NCBI GenBank assembly: GCA_963668025.2
Contig: CAXXTH010000011.1
Span: forward strand, 1-64,000
Origin: Candidatus Hydrogenedentota bacterium
Lineage (GTDB): Bacteria; Hydrogenedentota; Hydrogenedentia; Hydrogenedentales; SLHB01
DNA length: 64,000 nt
Direction: 5' to 3'
Positions 10,831 to 20,866 of this stretch are shown here, in pieces. Both the position numbers and the translations under genes were made by a program. The notes beneath the pieces were generated by a model. The model was not told where the DNA came from. It saw only the letters and a list, made by a program, of their open reading frames with translations, and searched no databases. How positions within the stretch are numbered: the first letter of the stretch is position 1; every line of letters begins with the position of its first letter.

Positions 10831-12654
10831 ATGATACTATTCAAAACAAAGCTGGAACATCACATTAGTGGGCAGATTAAGGTGTGTTTGCATGTGGCGC
10901 TATTATGCGGTCTGGTTCATTTTTGCGGAGCCGCGCAGAGCTCGCCCGGAGAGTTTTCCTCCGTCGATATGAGCAAGGTGAAAGTAGGCGGGGAGATTGG
11001 ACGCCGTATTGATCTAACCATTTATAATAATCTACTCGTCCTTGATGTCGAACGTGATTTTTTGAGTCCATTTCGTGAGCCGCATGACAAGCCCCGGGAG
11101 CATCCAGATAATTATTTTGGCCTGGGAAAACTGATCGACGCTTCCGTGAAATTCGCCTATTACTCGGGTGATGAAAAGGTGTTTGCGTTCAAAAATCACT
11201 TGATTAGTGAAGTCATTCAGTGTCAATTGGAGGATGGATACATCGGGGCGTTTCGTCCGGAAGACCGGTTGAAGATGGCATGGGACGGGCACGAGCTTGT
11301 CTATCTCATTTACGGATTAACAAGCGACTACCATTATTTCCATCATCAGAAGTCCTTGGACGCCGCCGTGAAGCTGGCCCGTTACCTGATGGAACACCGC
11401 CCGGTGGAAGCATATCATGGCACGGAGATAGGCCAGGAAGAGGCATTTGTCGCGTTGTATGAAGCTACAAATAATCAGGAATATTTGACGTATTTAGAGA
11501 AGAACGGTTTTTTGACGCTTGACCCCACCGTACGTGAAGGCGGCCCTGACAGCCATTCGTACACGCAAATGAGCCGGAGCCTTGCGCAGATTGAGTTGTA
11601 CACCCTTACTCAAGACCCATCGTTGCTAAATATGGCTCACAATATCGTCAAATTCTTGACCGGGCAAGATGGCATGCTCATCAATGGTTCTTGCAGCCTG
11701 GGAGAATGCTGGCATAGCAATCAAGCAGGCTATGGCGTCGAGACCTGTGCAACCGCTTGCGAAATCAAGCTTTTTAATAAACTGATTCAGCTCGAAGGTA
11801 ATTCCCTGTATGGCGACATCATGGAACGCGCCATATACAATGCGCTGTTCGCCGCGCAATCGCCGGATGGCCGCCATGTGCGATACTATACTTCCGTTGA
11901 AGGCCGGCGCGCCTATTACTATCGCGATACCTATTGCTGTCCATGCAATTTCCGCCGGATCATGGCGGAATTGCCCGGGATGATCTATTACAAGACCGAT
12001 AAGGGCGTGGCGATTAATCTCTATACGGCATCCCAAGCCGGTATGGCGTTGAACAACGGCCTCAAGCTGAAAATCAGCCAAGAGACGGATTATCCCTCTT
12101 CTGGTAACGTTTTGGTTCGTCTAGAGCCCGCTCGCGCGGCGGAATTCCCAGTGCTGCTGCGCATCCCCCGCTGGTGCCACGAGGTCAAGATTGCCGTGAA
12201 TGGCGCATACATCGATGACGCGATCATGCCCGGAACGTTTTTTGAATTGGCGCGGAAATGGAAGCGTGGCGATGAAATCCGGCTCGAGATGGCGATGGAC
12301 TGGCGGTTCGTCAAGGGGCGTAAAGTGAATGAAGGGCTTGTGGCGGTGATGCGGGGCCCGAGCCTGTTCTGTTTGGCGCAGCACCGGATTCGCCAATCGC
12401 ATCAATGCGATTATAACGATGCGGGCCCCATGTTCATCAAGCCGGATACGATCAAAGAGCCTTACGCCGACAACTCGTATCGTCCCGGCGGATTGGTGGG
12501 TGAAGTGGGCGGCATGCGCCAGGGCGAGGGCGATTTCCGGGATATCACCATGCCATTAACCGAATATATGGACCCCGCAGGGGAGATGGTGTTTTTTAAG
12601 CCGATAGAACCTGCAACGATTGCGCCGGTGGATGATGAGTTAATGGTGAAATAG
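10831..12654 (+). CDS. GH127-family glycoside hydrolase (beta-L-arabinofuranosidase-like)
   Basis: Signal-like N-terminus; ETCA, MERAIYN, CCPCN, TDYP, LLRIPRWC and VMRGP motifs. Confidence 0.85.
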   Translation: MILFKTKLEHHISGQIKVCLHVALLCGLVHFCGAAQSSPGEFSSVDMSKVKVGGEIGRRIDLTIYNNLLVLDVERDFLSPFREPHDKPREHPDNYFGLGKLIDASVKFAYYSGDEKVFAFKNHLISEVIQCQLEDGYIGAFRPEDRLKMAWDGHELVYLIYGLTSDYHYFHHQKSLDAAVKLARYLMEHRPVEAYHGTEIGQEEAFVALYEATNNQEYLTYLEKNGFLTLDPTVREGGPDSHSYTQMSRSLAQIELYTLTQDPSLLNMAHNIVKFLTGQDGMLINGSCSLGECWHSNQAGYGVETCATACEIKLFNKLIQLEGNSLYGDIMERAIYNALFAAQSPDGRHVRYYTSVEGRRAYYYRDTYCCPCNFRRIMAELPGMIYYKTDKGVAINLYTASQAGMALNNGLKLKISQETDYPSSGNVLVRLEPARAAEFPVLLRIPRWCHEVKIAVNGAYIDDAIMPGTFFELARKWKRGDEIRLEMAMDWRFVKGRKVNEGLVAVMRGPSLFCLAQHRIRQSHQCDYNDAGPMFIKPDTIKEPYADNSYRPGGLVGEVGGMRQGEGDFRDITMPLTEYMDPAGEMVFFKPIEPATIAPVDDELMVK

Positions 12655-12685
12655 GAATTATGATCCGGACGAGTTTTCATTAGAG

Positions 12686-12744
12686 GCCACAAGAGGCGCA
12701 AGGAACGCAAAGAGTATTTTGTGTCCCTTGCGCCCTTTTGTGGC
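12686..12744. repeat. Imperfect palindromic intergenic repeat (GCCACAA..TTGTGGC family)
   Basis: Inverted arms; reverse complement closely matches 31649-31712. Confidence 0.75.
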
Positions 12745-12995
12745 TATTGCAGCTAGATAGTCCGAAAAGACAGAATTCGTATATGCCGACCCGCCTTTAG
12801 GTTCAAAACAATTCGTGATATACTTTGAAATCTGCTTGGCAAGTATACTTGAGCCGGAATTCCTACTACATATAGCTTCCATAGCCTGGCAAAGGGCGCT
12901 ATCGTTGAAAATAGCACTTTCCCTTGTAGGCAATCTCTGGTATACTCTTTACAACTACAATATATGGTGGAAAAAATGCTTTCGGGAGAGATTGC

Positions 12996-14423
12996 TTGAA
13001 CGGTTTGAAACGGAAAGTGCATTTTGTGGCGGCGGGCGGCATTGGCATGAGCGGCCTGGCGGAGATCTTGCTTAATCTCGGGTATGAGGTGAGCGGGTCG
13101 GATATCCGCGCCTCCGAGATCACCGAGCGGCTCGAATCGCTGGGCATGAAATTCTACGAAGGCCATGACGCGGCGAATATCGGCGATGCGGGCATCTTAG
13201 TGGTGTCGTCGGCGGTGGCCCCGGATAACGCTGAAGTGCTTGCGGCGCGCCGCCGGGGCACGCCCGTGTTGCACCGCAGCGAATTGCTGGCCGACCTGAT
13301 GCGCCTCAAACCGAACGCCATCGCCGTGGGGGGCACCCATGGGAAGACCACCACTTCCTCGATGGTGAGCGCCATCTTGGATCATGCGAACATCGGCGCG
13401 ACGAGCATTATAGGCGGCATCTTGCACCGTAGCGGCACGAACGCACGGTGGGGAACGGGGGATTACCTCGTGGCGGAGGTGGACGAGCACGACGGCTCGT
13501 TCCTGCATCTCACGCCGACCATCAGCGTGGTGACGAATATCGATGCGGAGCATCTCGAATATTATGGCACCATCGACCGCATCAAGCGGGCGTTCACGGA
13601 TTACTGCAACCGCGTGCCGTTTTACGGCTACGCCATATTGTGTTTCGATGACGCTAACACGCGGGCCATCATGCCGGACATCGAGAGCGTCTGCATCACC
13701 TATGGCCTCGATGCGGGCGCGGGCGTCACGGCGGAAAATATCACACTTAAGCCGCCCCGACCCGGCGAACCGCTGGCGGCCCAAATCACGCGGATGCATA
13801 CGGTTTTTGACGTGGTGAGCCACGATGAGCGCTTGAAGGCCACCGGCCGCTTGGGCACGCTCGATATTAACGCCGTGGGGATTCACAACGTGTGCAACGC
13901 CTTGGCGGCCTGCGCCGTGGGCCTGTGCCTGGGCATGCCCTTCGATACGATCCGCCGGGGGTTGGCGTTATACGATGGGGTCCGGCGGCGCTTGCAGGTG
14001 TGCGGCGAATGCCGGGGCGTGACGGTGATCGAAGATTATGCCCACCATCCGACGGAGATAGCGGCGACGCTGGCGGCGGCGCGGTTGGTGAATCCCGGAC
14101 GCATCATATGCGTGTTCCAGCCCCATTTGTTCAGCCGGACGAAGTTTTTCTGTGAGGATTTCGCGCGGGTGTTGTGCGAGGCGGACCGGGCCATTGTCAC
14201 GGATATTTATCCCGCGCGCGAAGAGCCCATGCCGGGAGTGGACGCGGGCCTTATCGTGGACGCCGCGCCTGAACGCGGTAAATTGGAGCTGGTCAAGGAC
14301 ATGCATGCCGCGCCGCGCCTGCTCGCCCCGGAGCTTCGAGAGGGCGATTTGGTGTTGATTCTAGGCGCGGGTAACATTAACCGCATCGCCCCGGCGATGA
14401 TCGAGGAGCTGCGCGCGCGCTGA
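12996..14423 (+). CDS. murC: UDP-N-acetylmuramate--L-alanine ligase
   Basis: GGIGMSGLA, GTHGKTTT, NIDAEHL, DYAHHPTEI and FQPHLFSRT motifs. Confidence 0.96.
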   Translation: MNGLKRKVHFVAAGGIGMSGLAEILLNLGYEVSGSDIRASEITERLESLGMKFYEGHDAANIGDAGILVVSSAVAPDNAEVLAARRRGTPVLHRSELLADLMRLKPNAIAVGGTHGKTTTSSMVSAILDHANIGATSIIGGILHRSGTNARWGTGDYLVAEVDEHDGSFLHLTPTISVVTNIDAEHLEYYGTIDRIKRAFTDYCNRVPFYGYAILCFDDANTRAIMPDIESVCITYGLDAGAGVTAENITLKPPRPGEPLAAQITRMHTVFDVVSHDERLKATGRLGTLDINAVGIHNVCNALAACAVGLCLGMPFDTIRRGLALYDGVRRRLQVCGECRGVTVIEDYAHHPTEIAATLAAARLVNPGRIICVFQPHLFSRTKFFCEDFARVLCEADRAIVTDIYPAREEPMPGVDAGLIVDAAPERGKLELVKDMHAAPRLLAPELREGDLVLILGAGNINRIAPAMIEELRAR

Positions 14424-15220
14424 TGGCCCGCACGAAGGTGAACAAGCGAGGATGGCCCCATCCGAAGCGGAGACGCCCGCTCCGGCTTGGCCGGCGCTTG
14501 TTTTGGTGCATGTGCTTGCTCACGGCGGCGGCTGCGGCGGGGGGGATAGGCTATACGTTCCATTCGTACCTGGCGGGTACGGAAGAATTGCACGTGAGAA
14601 CTATCCGCATTAGCGGGGCCCATGTGCTTGAGCCCGAGCTGATCATCGCGGAATCGGGCGTCACGACGCAGGATAATGTGCTTTTTCTGGATGAGAGAAT
14701 TGTAGCGGGCCGCGTGAAAGGCATCCCCTACGTCAAGGACTGCAAAGTAACGCGTGTTTTCCCGGATATGGTCGTCATTGATGTGGTGGAGCGGGGCGGG
14801 GTGGCCACATTGATGGCGGATAATCGTTTTTTCTCGATTGATCCGGATGGCGTCGTGCTGGAGGAAATCAATCCAGCGGAATTGTATGCGGAGCCGTTCA
14901 TCACGGAAGTGGCGGGCGTGGGGCTGGTGCAGGTGGGCGATTATATCCAGTCGCAGGCGTTGCATGCCGCCCTCAAAGTTTTAGAGGCGTTCCGCGCGAC
15001 GGATATGTCGAAGGAAGTGACGGTGGCGGAAATCGCCGCGTATGACGAAAATGATGTGCGGATGTATTGCGATGAACTGCCCTTTGAAATTCGCTGGGGC
15101 AGGCGTGAATTTGATAAACAGGCGCAGCGATTGAATATTCTTTGGGCTCATGAGAACAAAGCCCCTGATTTTAAGGCGTATTGCGATTTGCGGTTTGGCA
15201 CGGACGTGGCGTGCCGGTGA
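14423..15220 (+). CDS. ftsQ: Cell division protein FtsQ/DivIB
   Basis: Basic N-terminus, single TM, POTRA-like PYVKDCKVTRVFPDMVVIDVVER, C-terminal YCDLRF; dcw context. Confidence 0.85.
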   Translation: MARTKVNKRGWPHPKRRRPLRLGRRLFWCMCLLTAAAAAGGIGYTFHSYLAGTEELHVRTIRISGAHVLEPELIIAESGVTTQDNVLFLDERIVAGRVKGIPYVKDCKVTRVFPDMVVIDVVERGGVATLMADNRFFSIDPDGVVLEEINPAELYAEPFITEVAGVGLVQVGDYIQSQALHAALKVLEAFRATDMSKEVTVAEIAAYDENDVRMYCDELPFEIRWGRREFDKQAQRLNILWAHENKAPDFKAYCDLRFGTDVACR

Positions 15221-15244
15221 AATGGGAAAAGGTTGCAGGCGGCA

Positions 15245-15739
15245 ATGAAAGCAGCATGGATAAAGCCGGTTTTTTATATATGGCTGGTCCCGGCTGCATG
15301 GGCGTTATGCGCGCTGGTGTCGTTTCAATATCCCGGCGACGAGTATGGATTGTGGGCCGCCAACGCATTGGCGGGGCTTTGGAGCCTTTTTCTCGTCGGA
15401 AATTCCGGGAGCCCTTCCGGCCTTGTCTTGCCGATAGTGCTGGGTGGTAGTTTAGTTATGGCGATTGCAGGTTTCATTTTAGACCGGCTCCGGGTTCGGT
15501 GCTGGCTGTTTGCAGGTTTATGGGCCATATCAGCGGCGGCGCTTTGTGTGACGACTATTCTGTCATATCCGTCGTATCAGAAGGCGATATCCAAGAATGG
15601 TTCGCTGGCGGCATATGTGCTCAATTCGCTGAACATGGGACTTTATATGGCCGTATTGGTGAGCATTGCCTTGGCGTTGATTATTTTGGCTGCTCATCGG
15701 CTGGGATTTATACAGACGAAAAAAAGCATAGTCGGATAA
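15245..15739 (+). CDS. Small multi-pass membrane protein of unknown function
   Basis: About five hydrophobic segments; fills the gap between ftsQ and ftsZ. Confidence 0.7.
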   Translation: MKAAWIKPVFYIWLVPAAWALCALVSFQYPGDEYGLWAANALAGLWSLFLVGNSGSPSGLVLPIVLGGSLVMAIAGFILDRLRVRCWLFAGLWAISAAALCVTTILSYPSYQKAISKNGSLAAYVLNSLNMGLYMAVLVSIALALIILAAHRLGFIQTKKSIVG

Positions 15740-15755
15740 CGTGGGAGACAGGGCG

Positions 15756-17117
15756 ATGAACGTAGGCATGTCAGACGAGTTTACGAACTTCGAACAGAAG
15801 GCTATCGTCAAGGTGTGCGGGATCGGTGGTGGCGGCGGCAACGCCGTGGGACGCATGATCGGGGCGGGAATGAAGGATGTCGAGTTCATCACGATCAATA
15901 CCGACGCCCAGGCCCTGCGCCATTCGCCCGCGGGCACGCGCCTCCAGATTGGCGGGGCAGGCCTTGGCGCGGGCGCGCGGCCAGAAGTGGCGCGCCAAGC
16001 CGCCATTGATGATCGGGAGCGCATTTCGGAAGCCTTGCGCGGCGCGGATATGATTTTCCTCACGGCGGGGCTCGGCGGCGGCACGGGGACTGGCGCCACG
16101 CCTATCGTGGCGGAAATCGCCCAGGAAACAGGCGCGCTGACCGTAGCCGTCGTGACGCTTCCTTTTGGATTCGAGGGCGGCGAACGCATGGAAAACGCCA
16201 TGCGCGGCCTCGATGCCCTGCAAGATTACGTGGATGCGGCCGTGGTGGTTCCCAATGACCGCTTGTCCATTCTTTGCCAGACCAACATCTCGTTTGTGAA
16301 CGCATTCCGCCTGGCGGATGAAGTGCTCCATGACGGCGTGCGCGCCATATCGGAATTGATTACGATTCCAGGGTTGATCAACCTGGACTTCGCGGATGTC
16401 CGCACGATTCTCAAGGAGAGCGGGCGGGCGTTGATGGGCATCGGCAGCGCGGAAGGGGAGAACCGCGCCGTGCGCGCCGCCGAAGAAGCTATTGTATGCC
16501 CGCTACTCGAGAACGCCACGATAGACGGCGCGACGCGGGTGATTGTGAATGTGCAAGGCGGTATTGATATCGGCATGCGCGAAGTGCATGACGCGGTATC
16601 GACGGTCCAGAAGGCGGCCCACCCGCAGGCGAACATCATTTTTGGCGCGGTAGTGGATGATAGCGAGCGGGCGGATCTGAAAATAACCGTTATCGCCGCT
16701 GGGTTTGCGGAAAAGCGCATCGTGAGCGTCCGGCCATTCACCGAAATTCCTGCTGAAGCCCAACTGGCGGCTGTGGCCGCGGGCGCGGCTAAACTGGCGG
16801 AATTAGCGCCTGAACTCACCAACGCCGCACCGGTAGTGGAAGATGAACTGGCTGCCGGCAAGGCGGAAGACGAACTGGTGCTGGAAGCGCCGGTATTCGC
16901 ACCAGCACCCGAAATGGAAGAAGGCAGCGCCCTTAGTTTTGCTCCGGATCAAGACGACGATGAAGAGTTGGATTGGATGAATCCTTCTGAACCGCCCATA
17001 CAAACCCTGTTTCCAGATGATGAACCGGAGATTGAGCCTTTCCCTGGCTTAGCGAAAAAGGGGGCGGAAGAGGATCTGAGCATACCAGCATTCATGCGGC
17101 GGCGCATGAACAAATGA
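15756..17117 (+). CDS. ftsZ: Cell division protein FtsZ
   Basis: GGGGGNAV, NTDAQAL, GGGTGTG, INLDFAD; acidic linker; C-terminal core DLSIPAFMRR. Confidence 0.97.
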   Translation: MNVGMSDEFTNFEQKAIVKVCGIGGGGGNAVGRMIGAGMKDVEFITINTDAQALRHSPAGTRLQIGGAGLGAGARPEVARQAAIDDRERISEALRGADMIFLTAGLGGGTGTGATPIVAEIAQETGALTVAVVTLPFGFEGGERMENAMRGLDALQDYVDAAVVVPNDRLSILCQTNISFVNAFRLADEVLHDGVRAISELITIPGLINLDFADVRTILKESGRALMGIGSAEGENRAVRAAEEAIVCPLLENATIDGATRVIVNVQGGIDIGMREVHDAVSTVQKAAHPQANIIFGAVVDDSERADLKITVIAAGFAEKRIVSVRPFTEIPAEAQLAAVAAGAAKLAELAPELTNAAPVVEDELAAGKAEDELVLEAPVFAPAPEMEEGSALSFAPDQDDDEELDWMNPSEPPIQTLFPDDEPEIEPFPGLAKKGAEEDLSIPAFMRRRMNK

Positions 17118-17310
17118 ACGTGTCTACTAGTAAGATGCAACGTTTAGCTGATCCGCGCAAGCCCTTGCCTGGCTCGCGCGGCGTCCGGGCGTTGCAACCT
17201 TTTGGATCATAAAGGCATAATACGAAAAGCTTTGAGAGGTGTTTCGCATCCAAAGGATGTTTTCCTCGATCTGAGACGCATCATCAAGAAACGGATAGGA
17301 GCGATGTGAG

Positions 17311-18066
17311 ATGGGTTTGGTGGCTCGCGTGATGTTGCTCGTGGCGCTAGTGATGGCAGGCGTTTGCGGCCTGGCTCTGGCGCAAGATCTTCCTGCGGCG
17401 GATCCGCCTGGCGCCGCCGCACCGGCTTCTGCTCCCCAGCAGATGACGCTCTGGATGATTATGCAGGCGGGTGGGTCGATCTTATGGGTCATCATAGTGC
17501 TCAGTATTGTGACCGTGATCATGGTCGTTTATTACTTGCTAACGGTCACCACGAGCCGTGAAGTGCCCGCGAATTTTGTCAAGCGCGCCATGAGCCAGCT
17601 TCAGGCGGGCGATTTGCGCGGGGCGTACCAAATGTGTGAGGGGCGCGACGAGATCATCGCGAACGTGCTGCGTGCGGGCTTGAAGGCGTCCGGGCATGAT
17701 CGCTATGTGATTCAAGAGGCGATGGAGAGCGAAGGCGAACGTTGCGCCACGGCGCTGTGGCAGCGCATTTCGTATCTTAACAACATTGGCGTGATTGCCC
17801 CATTGCTTGGATTGCTTGGCACGGTCTGGGGCATGATAGGCGCGTTCAGCGCTATCGCCTATAGCGACGCCAGTGCGCGCGGACTCACAATCGCCTCTGG
17901 CGTAGCCCAAGCCATGATTACCACCGCCGCAGGGCTCATCCTCGCCATTCCCACATTGGCTGTATATTACTTTCTTCGAGGCCGGGTCATCCGGATTATT
18001 TCGGTCGTTGAATCGCAAGCGACAGAGATGATTGACATATTGACATCAAGGAGCCGCGAGTCATGA
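17311..18066 (+). CDS. MotA/TolQ/ExbB proton channel protein
   Basis: APLLGLLGTVWGMI and AMITTAAGL motifs; N-terminal signal-like extension. Confidence 0.92.
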   Translation: MGLVARVMLLVALVMAGVCGLALAQDLPAADPPGAAAPASAPQQMTLWMIMQAGGSILWVIIVLSIVTVIMVVYYLLTVTTSREVPANFVKRAMSQLQAGDLRGAYQMCEGRDEIIANVLRAGLKASGHDRYVIQEAMESEGERCATALWQRISYLNNIGVIAPLLGLLGTVWGMIGAFSAIAYSDASARGLTIASGVAQAMITTAAGLILAIPTLAVYYFLRGRVIRIISVVESQATEMIDILTSRSRES

Positions 18067-18491
18067 AATTCGGACGCCGTACGGTGGAGGAGACCCAGGA
18101 GATCCAAATGGCTCCCCTCATCGACATCGTGTTCCTCACGCTGGTGTTCTTTATGACGACATCGGTCTATTCGACGCTCGAGCGTGAGATTGACATCACG
18201 CTCCCCACCGCCAGCGCCGCCCAGGCAAGCGAACGCACGCAGAGTGAGATTTACATCAATCTGCGCAATGACGGCCGGATTATTCTCAACAATCGCGAAT
18301 TGTCCATTCCAGAGCTGCAAGAGGTGTTGAATCGCGTGGCGGAGCATGCTCCCGGCGGGGCGGTGATTATCCGTGGAGACCGCGAGGCTGCTCTTGGCAG
18401 CGCTATTGCCGTGCTTAATTGCTGTAAAAACGCAGACATCCAGGATGTGGAATTCGCCGCATTGCCCGATGAGCCGGAAGGAGCCCAGTGA
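18063..18491 (+). CDS. ExbD/TolR family protein
   Basis: APLIDIVFLTLVFFM with the conserved TM Asp; VIIRGD. Confidence 0.92.
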   Translation: MKFGRRTVEETQEIQMAPLIDIVFLTLVFFMTTSVYSTLEREIDITLPTASAAQASERTQSEIYINLRNDGRIILNNRELSIPELQEVLNRVAEHAPGGAVIIRGDREAALGSAIAVLNCCKNADIQDVEFAALPDEPEGAQ

Positions 18492-20866
18492 GTATGTTCC
18501 GACTTGTGGCTGTTCTCTTGCTTGTTTCCACCGCCGCATGGGCCGCGGAGACCTCTGAGCAGGACCAAATTGATTTCGCAAACGGCCTCTTTGTCCGAGG
18601 CTATCATGATATGGCCGCTGAACAATACCGCGCCTATCTGAAGAGTTATCCGAACGGGCAATTTGCACCGGACGCCTTATACCGGCTTGGCGAATCGGAA
18701 TACGCCCAAGAGCATTATGAAGCCGCCTTGGAATCCCTTACGGATTATCTCGCCAAAGCCCCGGAAGGCGCTACGAAAGTGCAAGCCGTGCTTCGCCGGG
18801 GGGAAGTGCTGTATCGATTAAAAAAATACGATGAAGCCCGCGCGGCTCTTGAGCCGGTAAGCGCCGCGGGCGGCGATCCAAATGTGCGCGCTGGCGCACT
18901 GTACTATCTTGGTAAAGCAGCTTTTGAAACGAATGCCAGTGATGCCGCGGCTCGTTATTTCAAGGCGCTGGCCGAAGAAATACCGGATAATCCCTTGGCT
19001 CCATACGCCCGTTACCAGCTTGCATTTGCCTATCTGGCCAGCAAAGACTTTGAAAAAGCGGCTATCGAGTTCTCGGCGGTAGCCTCATCCAATGCCGACG
19101 CCGCCCTTCGGGCAGAGAGCCGATTTCGCGCGGGCGAAGCTTATGATCAGATTGGCTGGTTTGATGCGGCGGTCGGGGCGTATCAACAGCTCCAGCAGGA
19201 GCAGCCTGATTCGGAATACGCACAGCGGGCCCAATACGGCTATGCATGGGCGTTGTTCCATGCGGGGAAGTATAAGGAAGCCATCGACATAGCCAACGTG
19301 TTTTTGCAACAGCATGCGGATGCGCCAGACGCCGAGGGCGTCCGGTATTTGCTGGCCAATTGCTTGCAGCAACAGAGTGATTATCAAGGGGCTATTGACG
19401 CCTATCAAGCCTTGCGCAAGGCCAATCCGGATTCCGATTTCGCGGCGCGCGCCCGGTATAAAATCGCCTGGGCGCTTTATCAAATGGGCAAGCAGGATGA
19501 GGCGGAGCTAGAAGTGACCGCCTTTCTTTCCGAAAGCAAGGCTTCCCCCTTGCGGGGCGATGCCGGTTTTCTGCGGGGCGCTATCCTCATGGCTAAAGGC
19601 AATAACGAGGATGCGTATCAAGAATTCCGCCTGGTGGCCGAGAAGTATTCCGACAGCGAGTTCGCCCCTGAAGCGCTCTTCCGTGCAGGGGAATGCTTAA
19701 CGCGTATGAATCGCACGGAAGAAGCGGGAAAGGTCTTCGAGGCCTTCGCCACCAAATATCCGGATAACATCCTGGCGGAGCAGGCCATCATGCGTGTCGG
19801 CGATGCCCAGTTTGCATCAGCCGCTTTCACCCAGGCTATCGAGCGTTACAAGAAGATTCTCGAATCGCCGCCCCAGCCCGGCGTTGAAGAGCAAGCGCTG
19901 TACCGGCTGGCGATTACCTATCATAATATGCAGAACTACCAAGCGAGCGCGGACGCATTCCGGCAGTTGCTTCAAAAGTGCCCCCAAAGCGCTCATGTGC
20001 AGGAAGCCCACTTGCGCATAGGCGATTTTATGCTTCGGGATGGGAATAAGGCGGTGGAATCCATCGACGAATACCAGGCGGCTTTTGATGCGGACCCGAA
20101 AGGCGCTTATGCCGCGCGCGCCCTTAAAGGCCTTGCGCTTGCGCGGTATGAAATCAATGATAAAGAAGGCGCCGCACAACTCTTTTCCCGCTTGATATCT
20201 GAATTCCCCTCGGAAAAGCTCAACGAAAAGACATATGCCTGGGTGGGGCAGAAGTATTTTGATGAGCAAAAATGGCCGGAGGCTTCCGCGATATTTGAGG
20301 CCATGCTGGCCGCATTGCCGGATTATCCCAATCCCGAGCGCATCCGCTTCAGTATCGCCCAATGCCGGGAAAACGCCCAAAAGCCCGATGAAGCGTTGAA
20401 ACTCTACCAGGCCGTGGTGGACCAAGCGCCCCAAAGCGCCACGGCGGTCGAAGCGTTATTCCGCATGGCCGCGATCCAGGAAAGCCGCAACGATATGGAC
20501 AAAGCTTTCCAGCTTTATGAGGCCGCCGCACGCTCGAATACGAGTGAAACGGCCGCCAGGGCGCGGTTTCGCCTGGGCGAGTTGAATGAGGCCAAAGGCC
20601 AGTTCGACGCCGCAGCCAAGGATTTTATGCTGGTGGCGCTGTTGTTCCTGCACGAGGAGTTGTCACCGAAATCCTACTATCAAGCCGGGCAGTGCTTTGA
20701 AAAGGCAGGCAAGCCTGCTGAAGCCAGGAAAGCCTACCAGGACTTATTGAAAGATTTTCCGCAGAGCCCGCTGGCCGCCCAGGCCACGCAGGCCCTCGAT
20801 AAACTGAATGCCGCACCGGCGGCGGCCGGTGCCGCGCCGAGTACGGATACCGGACAGGGAACATGA
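18488..20866 (+). CDS. Large periplasmic TPR-repeat protein (CpoB/BamD-like repeats)
   Basis: Signal peptide; many TPR helix pairs with YP-x-S/G turns across 792 aa; overlaps exbD stop. Confidence 0.88.
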   Translation: MSMFRLVAVLLLVSTAAWAAETSEQDQIDFANGLFVRGYHDMAAEQYRAYLKSYPNGQFAPDALYRLGESEYAQEHYEAALESLTDYLAKAPEGATKVQAVLRRGEVLYRLKKYDEARAALEPVSAAGGDPNVRAGALYYLGKAAFETNASDAAARYFKALAEEIPDNPLAPYARYQLAFAYLASKDFEKAAIEFSAVASSNADAALRAESRFRAGEAYDQIGWFDAAVGAYQQLQQEQPDSEYAQRAQYGYAWALFHAGKYKEAIDIANVFLQQHADAPDAEGVRYLLANCLQQQSDYQGAIDAYQALRKANPDSDFAARARYKIAWALYQMGKQDEAELEVTAFLSESKASPLRGDAGFLRGAILMAKGNNEDAYQEFRLVAEKYSDSEFAPEALFRAGECLTRMNRTEEAGKVFEAFATKYPDNILAEQAIMRVGDAQFASAAFTQAIERYKKILESPPQPGVEEQALYRLAITYHNMQNYQASADAFRQLLQKCPQSAHVQEAHLRIGDFMLRDGNKAVESIDEYQAAFDADPKGAYAARALKGLALARYEINDKEGAAQLFSRLISEFPSEKLNEKTYAWVGQKYFDEQKWPEASAIFEAMLAALPDYPNPERIRFSIAQCRENAQKPDEALKLYQAVVDQAPQSATAVEALFRMAAIQESRNDMDKAFQLYEAAARSNTSETAARARFRLGELNEAKGQFDAAAKDFMLVALLFLHEELSPKSYYQAGQCFEKAGKPAEARKAYQDLLKDFPQSPLAAQATQALDKLNAAPAAAGAAPSTDTGQGT

